From positions 30,524 to 94,523 of the forward strand of contig CALWOU010000001.1 of NCBI GenBank assembly GCA_944383245.1: 64,000 nucleotides of DNA. Direction: 5' to 3'. The position numbers and the translations under genes are program-made. Of this stretch, positions 47,908-58,200 are shown one piece after another; position 1 is the first letter of the stretch, and every line of letters begins with the position of its first letter. Source of the stretch: an uncultured Clostridia bacterium (GTDB lineage: Bacteria > Bacillota > Clostridia > Christensenellales > UBA1242). Below the pieces are notes generated by a model. The model saw only the letters and a program-made list of their open reading frames with translations, did not search any database and had not been told where the DNA came from.

Positions 47908-49474
47908 CACCCACCTCCACTATTCCTAATTTTTTATCATATCTTAAACCTATCTTTTCAAGCATACTTTCATCTTGATAATTCTTGCTTTTTCTTATCA
48001 AAGCATTGAAACATTTAAGATATTTTTTTAATAATTTTTTGGTTTCTTTCAACTCTTTTTCTTGATCTAAAGAAAGATTCGTTTTTTCTTCCATATCTCT
48101 AACCCAAGCGCGCAATTCTTTAAAAGATGAATATTGAAGTGAGAAATCTGTTCGGGCATAATATTTTGATTTACTTTTATCTTGTTTTCTTGTATAAAAC
48201 ACTGAAGGGTCATCAAGTAAAAAATATTTCAATTGATCATAAGTTCTATGATAAACAATTCTCCTATCCATTGCCATCATTAGAGAAGTGGTGTTATATT
48301 TCTTACGTTTTTCATCTAAAATTTGTTTTGCTTTTTTAACCTCTTCAGAATCTAAATTATTTAACAATTCTTCGCATTCATCATACCATTTCCAAGTTGC
48401 CAATTCGCCTTTTGTTTGTTGCGTGAAATTTTTATAACTATAACTGTAACTTTCATCATTAAAATAATTGTCAAGATCGGCAGCAAAATATTGCAAAATT
48501 TTAGCAAATTCTTCAGGCGAATACTCATCTTTATGTCTTTGTATAACCGCATAAGTGACCTCTAGCGGAATGTATTGTACACCATCACGCCTAAATCTGC
48601 ACTGCTTAATTTTATCTTTTACGTTGGCTTGTGTTTTTTCTTTCCAACTATCTAATTCTTGCCTTGAAAATAGCGCATTTAAACCATAATAATTTTCAAA
48701 TTCCTCAATAGTTTCTTCAAACTTTTCACCAAAAAGTGTTTGAAATTTAATCAACATATCCTTATACGTTGAATTTAACAATTTTTGCTGTTCCATTCCA
48801 TAAATTTTGCAATCGTTAGGGCTTAATTTATACAATTTTGAATAAACTCTCAAAAAAGCATTAGCATTATCATAAATTGGTGCTAAATCAAGTTTTCTTA
48901 CTCCGTTTTCTTCTTTAATCACAAATGCCAAGTTTTCAGAGTGCCTATCTCTTTGGTTTATTAGATAGTCAAAGCAGGAAAGTTTATTTAATTTTTCTAT
49001 TAGTTCTTCGCGATTGATTTCAACACCTATTGTTTTTTTTGTTCTAAACATAATTGTATCCATAACCTCGCTTGACGTGGTTGATGACGAAGTGCTATCA
49101 ATATATCCGCCAAAATTATCATACATAAAATGCTCACCAAAATCGGGAGATATTATTCCAATCGCCTGTTGAATATGGTCAATTGCAAGTTTGCAGTCCA
49201 CACAATCAATGCCGACCTTCTTTGCAATAAACGATGTGAGAAGTTCAGCAAAAATTTCGTGTTGAGCATTTAGCGCGCCAAGTGTTGGATACTTAATGAA
49301 ATAACGTTTGCCATTAATCGTTATAAATTTGCTTGCCGTTATGCCTGTTTTTGAACTGAATTCTTCATTTTTTTCTTCAACAAAAACTACACCTGGTCTA
49401 GTAATACCATTTATATCAGCCACTTTTCTTTCAAATAATTTATCTTTTAAGCCTTCGTATAATTCTATATTCAT
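47885..49474 (-). CDS. HipA-like Ser/Thr kinase core lacking N-subdomain 1, with a ~300-aa K/E-rich C-terminal extension
   Basis: FDYLINQRDRHSENLAFV (D-x-H-x-x-N catalytic loop) and LAPIYDNANAF (Mg-binding D). KRYFIKYP..NAQHEIFAELLTSFIAKKVGI matches the HipA core layout. Confidence 0.7.
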   Translation of the reverse strand: MNIELYEGLKDKLFERKVADINGITRPGVVFVEEKNEEFSSKTGITASKFITINGKRYFIKYPTLGALNAQHEIFAELLTSFIAKKVGIDCVDCKLAIDHIQQAIGIISPDFGEHFMYDNFGGYIDSTSSSTTSSEVMDTIMFRTKKTIGVEINREELIEKLNKLSCFDYLINQRDRHSENLAFVIKEENGVRKLDLAPIYDNANAFLRVYSKLYKLSPNDCKIYGMEQQKLLNSTYKDMLIKFQTLFGEKFEETIEEFENYYGLNALFSRQELDSWKEKTQANVKDKIKQCRFRRDGVQYIPLEVTYAVIQRHKDEYSPEEFAKILQYFAADLDNYFNDESYSYSYKNFTQQTKGELATWKWYDECEELLNNLDSEEVKKAKQILDEKRKKYNTTSLMMAMDRRIVYHRTYDQLKYFLLDDPSVFYTRKQDKSKSKYYARTDFSLQYSSFKELRAWVRDMEEKTNLSLDQEKELKETKKLLKKYLKCFNALIRKSKNYQDESMLEKIGLRYDKKLGIVEVGDENKSLL

Positions 49475-49480
49475 ACAATA

Positions 49481-49509
49481 ATTTTAAACTATATGTGTGA
49501 ATTTGTCAA
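49481..49509 (-). promoter_or_regulatory. Proximal promoter TTGACA-17-TAAAAT ending 6 nt before the kinase ATG (leaderless-type)
   Basis: tgtcaa at 49504..49509, atttta at 49481..49486, ATG at 49474..49472. No SD. Confidence 0.5.
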
Positions 49510-49523
49510 TTTAAAATTAATTT

Positions 49524-49551
49524 GTTATAACTTATATGTGTAAATTGTCAA
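49524..49551 (-). promoter_or_regulatory. Distal duplicated promoter TTGACA-16-TATAAC
   Basis: Lies within the second copy of the ~27-nt direct repeat (49534..49560 versus 49491..49517). Confidence 0.4.
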
Positions 49552-49602
49552 TTTTAAAATAAGTTTAAAATTAGATTTATAATAAATTGTAAATTGAAAA
49601 AT

Positions 49603-49628
49603 AAAAAAATGCCACGAACTGTGGCATT
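49603..49628 (-). terminator. Rho-independent terminator after rplL
   Basis: AATGCCAC-gaact-GTGGCATT followed by U7 on the minus strand. Confidence 0.85.
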
Positions 49629-49644
49629 TTGATAGCATAAAAGA

Positions 49645-50016
49645 TTATTTAAGTTCAACTGTAGCGCCTGCGTCTTCCAAAGACTTTTTAAGTGCTTCAG
49701 CGTCTGCTTTTGGAGCATTTTCTTTAACAGTTGCAGGAGCGCCTTCAACCATTGCTTTTGCTTCCATAAGACCAAGACCTGTTGCTTCACGAACAGCCTT
49801 GATAACAGCGATTTTGTTTGCGCCAATTTCTTTAAGCACAACATTGAATTCAGTTTTCTCTTCAACTGCTGGAGCAGCCTCACCTGCTACTGCTGGACCT
49901 GCAACAACTGCAGCGGCTGCGCTAACACCGAATTCTTCTTCTAATGCTTTAACTAACTCGTTTAATTCAACGGCAGTTTTAGTTTTGATTTCTTCAACGA
50001 TTTCTTGAGTTGTCAT
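49645..50016 (-). CDS. rplL: 50S ribosomal protein L7/L12
   Basis: Ala-rich hinge, then the C-terminal domain [20 protein letters not shown]. Confidence 0.97.
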   Translation of the reverse strand: MTTQEIVEEIKTKTAVELNELVKALEEEFGVSAAAAVVAGPAVAGEAAPAVEEKTEFNVVLKEIGANKIAVIKAVREATGLGLMEAKAMVEGAPATVKENAPKADAEALKKSLEDAGATVELK

Positions 50017-50133
50017 TCTAAATTTTCTCCTTTTAATATTTTTGTTTTTTAGTCTAACTTTAGACTTAACTTTTTTATGTTTATCAAATTACAAATAAAT
50101 TGAGTTTTATGAAAAACATAAAATTTGGCCTAA

Positions 50134-50625
50134 TTATTCTGCTTTTTTCTCTGCGATGGCTTTGAATGCACGAGCAAGACCAGACACTGGTGCATTGAGG
50201 ACATACAATAGTTGAGCCACAAGTTGCTCTTTTCCTGGGATTGATGCAAGTGTGATAATTTCTTGATCGCTTACAGCTTTTCCGTTCACTAAACCTGCTT
50301 TGATTGAAAGAGTTGTGTAGTCTTTCATAGCTTGCTTAATGTTTCTAGGAGCGCTTGTTTCATCTTCCATTCCGAATGCAAAAGCGGTTGTTCCGTTTAG
50401 CGCTTCGTCTAAACCTGTGATGCCAAGTTGTTCGCACGCTTTTTTGAAAAGTGTGTTTTTAATAACTTTGTAAACAACATTCTTTTCACGGAAGTTTTTT
50501 CTAAGCGCTGTGTCGCTAGCAACTGTGATTCCGCGATAGTCAACCAAAACAACTGATTTGCTGTTAGAAATTAAATTCTTAATTTCTTCCACCGCATTCT
50601 TTTTGATTTCAAGATTTGCTGACAC
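50134..50625 (-). CDS. rplJ: 50S ribosomal protein L10
   Basis: VLVDYRGITVA..LR. GTG start 6 nt after the SD AAGGAGG. Confidence 0.95.
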   Translation of the reverse strand: MSANLEIKKNAVEEIKNLISNSKSVVLVDYRGITVASDTALRKNFREKNVVYKVIKNTLFKKACEQLGITGLDEALNGTTAFAFGMEDETSAPRNIKQAMKDYTTLSIKAGLVNGKAVSDQEIITLASIPGKEQLVAQLLYVLNAPVSGLARAFKAIAEKKAE

Positions 50626-50799
50626 TTTGTTTCCTCCTTTATGCTATTTATTAAATAAAAATTCCTCTTGCCTAAGACAAAAGGAATCAAACAAACTCAT
50701 TTACATTCTTTTCTCTTTCCTACACAAGAAAATAGAAAATATCTATTTTTACCTTTAAACTTGTGGTCTTTGGCGATGAAATTTTATTTAACTTTTGTT
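50626..50799 (-). promoter_or_regulatory. rplJ 5' leader (candidate L10-leader autoregulatory RNA)
   Basis: About 170 nt between the promoter and the GTG. The position matches the L10/L12-binding leader known in Firmicutes. I did not verify the structure. Confidence 0.4.
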
Positions 50800-50828
50800 A
50801 TTTTATACTAAAAAACTTAAATTGTCAA
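50800..50828 (-). promoter_or_regulatory. rplJ promoter TTGACA-17-TAAAAT
   Basis: tgtcaa at 50823..50828 and atttta at 50800..50805. Confidence 0.6.
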
Positions 50829-50990
50829 CTAGTTTTATAAAATTTTTCACAATTTTTCTAAATTTAGCGCCAATGTCATTATTTAGTGGCAATCTCATTA
50901 ATAATCTATAAATTTGCTAATGATTTAGACAAAATTTACTTTCTAAATACCCGCTTACGATAAATTGCCATACAATTTTAAATTCACCTA

Positions 50991-51019
50991 TTGACAAATC
51001 TTTATATCGTTGATATAAT
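50991..51019 (+). promoter_or_regulatory. Consensus promoter TTGACA-17-TATAAT for the lipoprotein gene
   Basis: Exact hexamers at 50991..50996 and 51014..51019. Confidence 0.7.
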
Positions 51020-51153
51020 AATGATGAGTTACAATTTGTTGTGTTAATTAGTTAAAAAAATTTATATTTTAAATAAAATTTTTCTAGAAATTATATTAAC
51101 ACACAAACATTTTACTTAAATCTTAATATTCTGGATAAATAAAGGAGTAAATT

Positions 51154-52200
51154 ATGAGTTTAATCAGTAAAATCACAGAAAAACTAAAAAACCCCACAAA
51201 TGGAAAAATTTTAAGGAAAGGTGTGGCAAGCGTGGCGCTCGCTTCAACGTTGGCGCTTTCTGGTTGCTCGGGGTTAGCATCAATATTTAATCCTAATAAT
51301 GGGCAAACTAACAATCCAAATATTGATAACGATAACCAAACGCAAATTGGTGGTGACGGAAGCGCAACCACCCCAGAAGAAGATCTTAGCGGTTTTAGCC
51401 AAATCACATACAACCTATTAGAAAATAGCTATTATAGAAATTTAATGGAAAATTATAGTTCAAAACAATCAGGTAGAGAATCTCAAATCTATGATCCAGT
51501 TCCTTATGGATTTTTGCAAAGTGAAGGATACAATATTGAAAGAATAAAAAATGATGAATTGGAATGTGATTCAATACCATATAGAAAAGACGGCGAAGAA
51601 AATAGTTTATATATAGCACTAAGAGTGGAAACCAACGCTCAAACTCCATATTACACTTGTTATACTTTAAAATATGAACTATCCAATCTAGAGATGTCTG
51701 ATTTTCATTATCTTCATATTAACACACTTTTTGAAGCTCCTTTATTTGTTCAAGAATTATCTTATCAAAAAACTCCTGTGGTTGAATCAGAAGCTAGCAT
51801 GACTATTGATTCATATAATGAGATATTGAAATCTTTACTCAGATATGACAATGTTTCATCAGATTTATTTGGTCATAAAAATTTAACAATTGATATAATT
51901 AAATTTTCTGTTCCAAACAATACACTAGAATTACAAATGAGACCGGCAAGTAGCGACAATGTTGTTGCTATTTCTTCTATAAGAACGGCTTATCTAATTC
52001 CTGGATTTCTAGGTCAAGAAGTTTCATCAGTTTATGATAATGTATATTCATATCCATACAGCGTTACATTTGAAAATCAAGATGATATGAATTATTATTT
52101 AAATAATTATGAATCAGTTACATACTATGACACGCAAAATAAATTTTTAACACAATATTATCTATACGATATGATTATGGAAGGAAAGACTAAATATTAA
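51154..52200 (+). CDS. Lipoprotein, unknown function (348 aa)
   Basis: Lipobox VALASTLALSGC. SD AAAGGAG. The mature part has no recognisable motif. Confidence 0.65.
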   Translation: MSLISKITEKLKNPTNGKILRKGVASVALASTLALSGCSGLASIFNPNNGQTNNPNIDNDNQTQIGGDGSATTPEEDLSGFSQITYNLLENSYYRNLMENYSSKQSGRESQIYDPVPYGFLQSEGYNIERIKNDELECDSIPYRKDGEENSLYIALRVETNAQTPYYTCYTLKYELSNLEMSDFHYLHINTLFEAPLFVQELSYQKTPVVESEASMTIDSYNEILKSLLRYDNVSSDLFGHKNLTIDIIKFSVPNNTLELQMRPASSDNVVAISSIRTAYLIPGFLGQEVSSVYDNVYSYPYSVTFENQDDMNYYLNNYESVTYYDTQNKFLTQYYLYDMIMEGKTKY

Positions 52201-52213
52201 TAAATGGCAGTAT

Positions 52214-52248
52214 AAAAAAATAAACGGTTTTTAAACCGTTTATTTTTT
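52214..52248. terminator. Bidirectional terminator between the lipoprotein gene and the giant gene
   Basis: AAAAATAAACGGTTT/AAACCGTTTATTTTT stem. Confidence 0.8.
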
Positions 52249-52266
52249 GTTTAAACAATGATTTGA

Positions 52267-55200
52267 TTAAGCTAAAACAACAATTCCACCAGTGTTTATT
52301 TCGTCACGTATTTCATTATTTGGATTGCCTTCATCATCTAGACCATCTACAAATGTTAAATATACTGTTCCACCACCTATTGAAATGCTTACTGATTCTG
52401 TGAAATAATATGCTCCGCCTATAGTTGAAGTTGGGAATGTATGTCCATCAAATAATCCAGGTTGCAAAATATTATCTATTGTTTGTGAATCATCGGTTAA
52501 ATATTTGTAACGAGTGAATAGTTGAATTTCGTTATTGGTTAAGAATTTATTGAGGTTATACATTTCGTCAATTTCGTTTGACACCAACGAACTAACTGCC
52601 AAAACACCATTTTGCAAAGAATAAGAACTAGATAATGCATATAGCGTATTATTTTTCACTTTATAGTTATAATCAACTCTATATTGATATTCATCTGTTA
52701 CTAATGTGCTAGGCTCGTAATCTGTTGGATCGTCTATGTAGTAATTAGATGAATTACTGCTATTTAAGAAATTTTTAAAATCAGTTAAATTATTTATTTC
52801 TCGAACACCTCCGTTGCTATTATAGAAAGTAAGTTTGTAACCCACTTTAAACAAATCATTATAGGTTTCATCCAAAATTTGATTATAAATACCTTTTACT
52901 GTTTCGCCATCAAATTCTGTTTCAAACATTTCATATCCACCATCGTAATAATAGTAAGTAGCGTTTTGTGTGATAGATATAGAGCTATCGGTAGCCGTTA
53001 TTGTGTAATAATTACTATCTTGAGCAGAACCTGTGAATGCAGTTTCATAAGGATTAGTAAATGAATATGGATAGATTTCAACCCAAACGCTATTGCTTGA
53101 TGAAGTTATTATTTCATTTATTTCAAATGCTCCTTCAACTGGGTCATCTTGAATATGTTCGATTTTGTAATAACCATATTCAACCATAGGTTCTCCGTTT
53201 TGATCGGTGGTACTGTGTGAACCTTGGATATAATCAATGCCAGGATTTCCATCAGGTTGAATGGTGCCTGCCCAAGTGAATTCTGCATATTTTTTCAAAG
53301 TGCCGTACATACCTATCCTTGCATAATATGCATTTTTCATATATGAGTAACCCTCATAATATGTTGTTGTGCGCTCTTGCCCAAATTCTCCACCTGTTAT
53401 TGTGAATGAACCATTACTTTCTTGAGGCAGATTACTTGATATCGTTTCATCGAAATAGAATGTTACAGGTCGATTATCTATATATGCCTTTAAATCTGCA
53501 GTTATTCCTGTTCCCCATGGCTCACCATTAACATAAAAGTTGCCGTTTCCTCTATCTTCTAATTTATTTCCATGGTTAGGTGTATATGTATACCCGTTAT
53601 CGGTAGTATAAGAACCTCTAATATAATACAAGTTATCATACAAAATATATTCGCCAGGATTTAACTCTGATAAATCTGCTAAAATTTGAGTTGGAGCATA
53701 TTCAACTTCAACACCGGCAGCAATTTTATAATAAGCGCCGTTATGATAAATATAATAACGATAAATATTACCAGTTTTTGTTTGTCCATTTTCAGTAAAC
53801 TCAAATGTGCCAGGTTGTGTTCTTGGATCTGAACTTTCTGTAATAGTGATATCTCTATTAGGCGCATTTCCTGAAGTTGTTTCTAGTGAATTGTTTAACA
53901 CCACGTTAACTGTGCTTGTCGTTATTGTAGGATCAACATATAAATAGTAGTTATCATAATAATCTGCAGGTCTAACTGATGAATAGTAAACATACACCAT
54001 TCCACCATATGAAGCTAAATTTTCATCGATAAAATTTATATTCCCATCACTATTATACAAAATTCTCTTGCTATAAGTTTGTGACATTAATCCAAGACTT
54101 TGATCCATTTTTTCAAAATAGGTTGTTTTTGCCATCATGTTAGCATTAACTGCAATGTTATATGTTGACATAACTAATACACCAATTCCTACACCAAGCG
54201 CAGGGGCAGCAAACCATACAGGAATAAATGCTAATCCCCATCCTCCAAGAGGAATACTTGCTAAAATAATAACTAACCCGGCAAGAATAGCTGTTATAAT
54301 GCTCAATATATCTACTTGTGGATCTGGGAAGATATTTTCTGCGATTGTGGTATTCGCTCCATTTACATTAAATACACTTCCGTCTTTTGGTAATTTTATT
54401 GCATCGTCAGGTAAGTCTGAACTTATTGTTTTATTATTATAAACTGTTAAAAATATAAAATACACACCGTCATAACCAGATGGTCCATCAAGATCATATT
54501 CGCCATTATAATAACCTACATTATAAACCAAAAATGCTAGGTCAATATCTGTCTGTCCATCTCCACCAAGCGTTGGAGCTCCATAATGTATTTCATAGAA
54601 TGGTTTGCTTAGGCTTTTTCTATCATTATTGGCATTAGGTGTTGCTGCACGTGTTTCATCGCCATATTGCCAATTAAAATAAGTTAATCCATTAAATTGG
54701 CTATTATTTCCGTGATTTAGGTCTATATAAAAGGTTTGAGAATTTGAATTGGCGCCGGTAATCCAGTCGCCTACCGCTTCCCACCATTGCTTTGTTTCTT
54801 GTTCATCATAATATGGGAAAGCATATCCTCCTTCTGAAGAAGTGTAAGGCGTGGCGACACCAATTGCTGAATATAGAGTTGGATAATCTTCCATTTCTTC
54901 ATATATTGTGTAAACAATATAATCATCATCATAGATGTTATTTGTCACGTGATCATTGCCTGGTTGAATAGCAAGGTCGTCTCTTCCAGATAGACCGAGG
55001 TTTGCGATTGTGCCGACTTTGGTTATGTTGGCTGCGTCGTAAACAACTGCGATTGAATCCCAACCAACAGAATTTTCGCTATTAGGATTTTCTTCTTTTG
55101 GAATGTTTCTTTGGAGTTTTCTAAATGTTGTGTATTCCTTTGCCCAACCTGAGATTGCGCCCGATTGCATATCGGCTGCGTCGTTGCCTGTTGGTTTAAC

Positions 55201-58200
55201 ATTTGAATTTATTGCAGTGTTATTTAAAGGACTTGATTTTGGAACAGTTTTGCTTGCTGAAATTTGGAATGTATCCAAATTCACATAGTAGGCTTGAGCA
55301 ATTAAGTTTATGTATTCGCTATTAGAATCGTCATAACTGAAACTGCTTGAACCATCCGCATAATTTGAATTTTCGATCGTGTTAATTGTGAATGGATAGT
55401 TATGAGTGCCTTGAACTGTTACTTCTCTTCTGTTGTCAGTTCCGCCTTTAGCAACTTTTAGCATACCAACAAGTCCACCAAAGTTGGTTGCAACATCTTG
55501 ATCTCCACCTATTATTAGACCATCAACATGGTTAGTGATTATCTGACCGGTGGAAGTCATTGTTTCTTGTGTTAGATTACCTTCCAATCTTCCGATAAGT
55601 CCGCCGATATAGTATGAATTGTTAGTGCTAAGAGAGATGCCAACCCTAACAGGATTATCTTGACTTTCTGTATTTAAAGCTAAAATTTGAATTACAGATG
55701 CATCTCCTTTCAACTTTCCGAACAATCCGCCAACATACATTCCATTGATAATAGCAAGATTAGTGGTTTCCTCTCCAACTGTTATTGAGCTAGGCTGAAT
55801 GTTGATTTCGGTAGTTGCCGACTCGCTATTTGATTTTACTTTGATATTAGCATTCGAGAAATTTGAAAGTGTATCATTAGTTTCTGGCATTCCCAATCCA
55901 CCAATAACACCGCCAACATTGTAAGCACCTGAAATATTAACATCACCTAACAAGTTTGGCAACAACACTTGCTCGCCAACTGTACCGCTTGTTGTGGTAT
56001 CATACAAGTAATAACCATAGAACGTGCCGACATTGACACCTGAATATGCCTGAATATCAACAGAAATGTTATTTGTGCTTGCGTTATTTTCAACATCGCT
56101 AGCAAGCGCAGACATATTAACCGAACCAATAAATCCACCAAAACCAGTTTGAATATCATTAAAATCAGGTTTTTTAATTTGATTTGAATCAGTTGGATTG
56201 GTTACTATTCGTGAATAATCAAAAGGTACGTCTGTTTTTATATAATCATTATTTTCTTGTGAATCTCCAACCATTAAACTTGCCATATTATTTGAAATTG
56301 TGGAAATAGTGCTTGAAGTGTCATTATCGGTTGAACTTGGTGCTTGAACACCTTCTTCTGACGAAGTGACTAAAACATCCAAAACATTGTTATACTTAAC
56401 TTCGCTAGAAGATACAAGCGTACCTATAAATCCACCTACGCTTGTTGGAACGTAATACTTCCACCTTGACGATGCTGTATTAGTGCTTTCATTAATAATT
56501 AATTCACGTTGTGCAAAATAAACGCCTTTAACTTCGCTTGAACTATCTTTTGCACCAACAATGCTATTTCTTATTGTTGTGCCACCTTGGACATAGCCAA
56601 CTAATCCACCGACACTCGCGTTTCCGTAAACATTACCTTGAGATAGGATTGAATCGATTGTTCCGCCCGTCATCAAACCGACTGCACCGCCAACGTTTAA
56701 CACTCCGTATACGTTTGATTCTGATGAAGATGCTTCTGTATATAATCCGAATGAGTTTCCTAGAATATCGTAATAAACATTTTCATTCTCTTGGTCTGTG
56801 TCAAACTTATAATTCGAATTACCAGAATCTGAATATATTCCACTTTCAGTTTTGTAATCCTTTCCATTTATCTCATTTGGAATGCCACTAGTTAAGTAGC
56901 CTTTATCCATATTTCCGATTACACCACCAACGTTTTGATAACCGGATATCATTGAATTATTTTTTAATGCGTATAAATAGACATCTTCTTCTACTCCACC
57001 GATATTTCCTATAACTCCGCCAACATTTATGCTCTTATAGCCATAGTAACTACCTACACCACCATTTTCATATAAGAATATGTTGTTGTCCTTATTATCA
57101 TCTATAGAATTGTACCAACTCCTATATTCAGGAGAGGTTGTTATCCTTCCCTCATTTGTTAACTTAGCAGCGACAGAACCTTCAAACAATCCAACCACAC
57201 CACCAACATTGACAATTTTCACATCTGAAACCGTTAGTTTTTCTTCGCCTGGTGTTCTAAAATTTATGTTAATTTGATTTTTGTTTTTTATTTCTTGCAT
57301 TGTGCGAGTGTTTCCATCTTCATTTTCTGAATATAAGAACAATTCGCTAGATTCGCCAGATTCGCTAGATTTGCTAGATTTGAATTTACCAAACAATCCA
57401 CCCCAATTTTGAAGAGTGAGAGGGAAGTCTGAGTCCGCTTGTGGAGTTGTAAGAGTTGCATAAGCATCGTCTGAAGCTAAGAAGTTCCAATAAGTTTTTG
57501 CTTCAACATCTTGGTTATTCCAATTGAAGTCTATTATTTCATTAATGTTTCCGCTAACCAAACCAATTGCTCCACCAACGTTTGTTACACCGGTGATTTC
57601 AACTTCATAGTTTCCTAAATTTTCATTGTTAATGTTGATTTTTCCGCCTGCATATGCACCTATAATTCCGCCAACATTGTAGCCATTGACTGTTAATTTT
57701 GTGTTAATTGAATCGTTATTGCCATCCTCTGAGCCTAAAGAAGCTTCAATTGTTCCATTCAGCATTTTTCCAACCAACACACCGTAACCACTATTTTCTT
57801 CAATCGATTCATCGGACAACACTTCCTCTACGTCAATTATGATTTCATCGTTATTTCCGCCGTGACTAAATCCTGAGATAGTAACATTGCCCTTAACCAA
57901 CTTTGCAACCAACAAGCCAAAGTAACTTTCAATTGTTTGATTATCGTCCTCGTCCGTTTGCGCTTTGGCTACAATATTTGTCACTTCGCTTGATGCTATA
58001 GAGCAATTTTCAATTGTCACAGATCCACCGTTTGCCTCACCGATTAGTCCGCCAAAACTATTAATGTAGAGTATGTTTCTTTCAGAAATTGAAGGAGAAA
58101 CAATAACTTCGTTTATTCCAGCTGAACTAGTCACAGTGCTTTCGCTAGTAGGCTCTATTGTTTGACCAACAAGTCCGCCAAGCATTTTAACTGCAATGTC

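Noticed and set aside
49554-49883. 109-aa minus-strand ORF overlapping rplL in another frame
   Set aside because: rplL (L7/L12) is unambiguous. The overlapping frame is L/K/Q-rich shadow sequence, and its 3' part runs through the rplL terminator.
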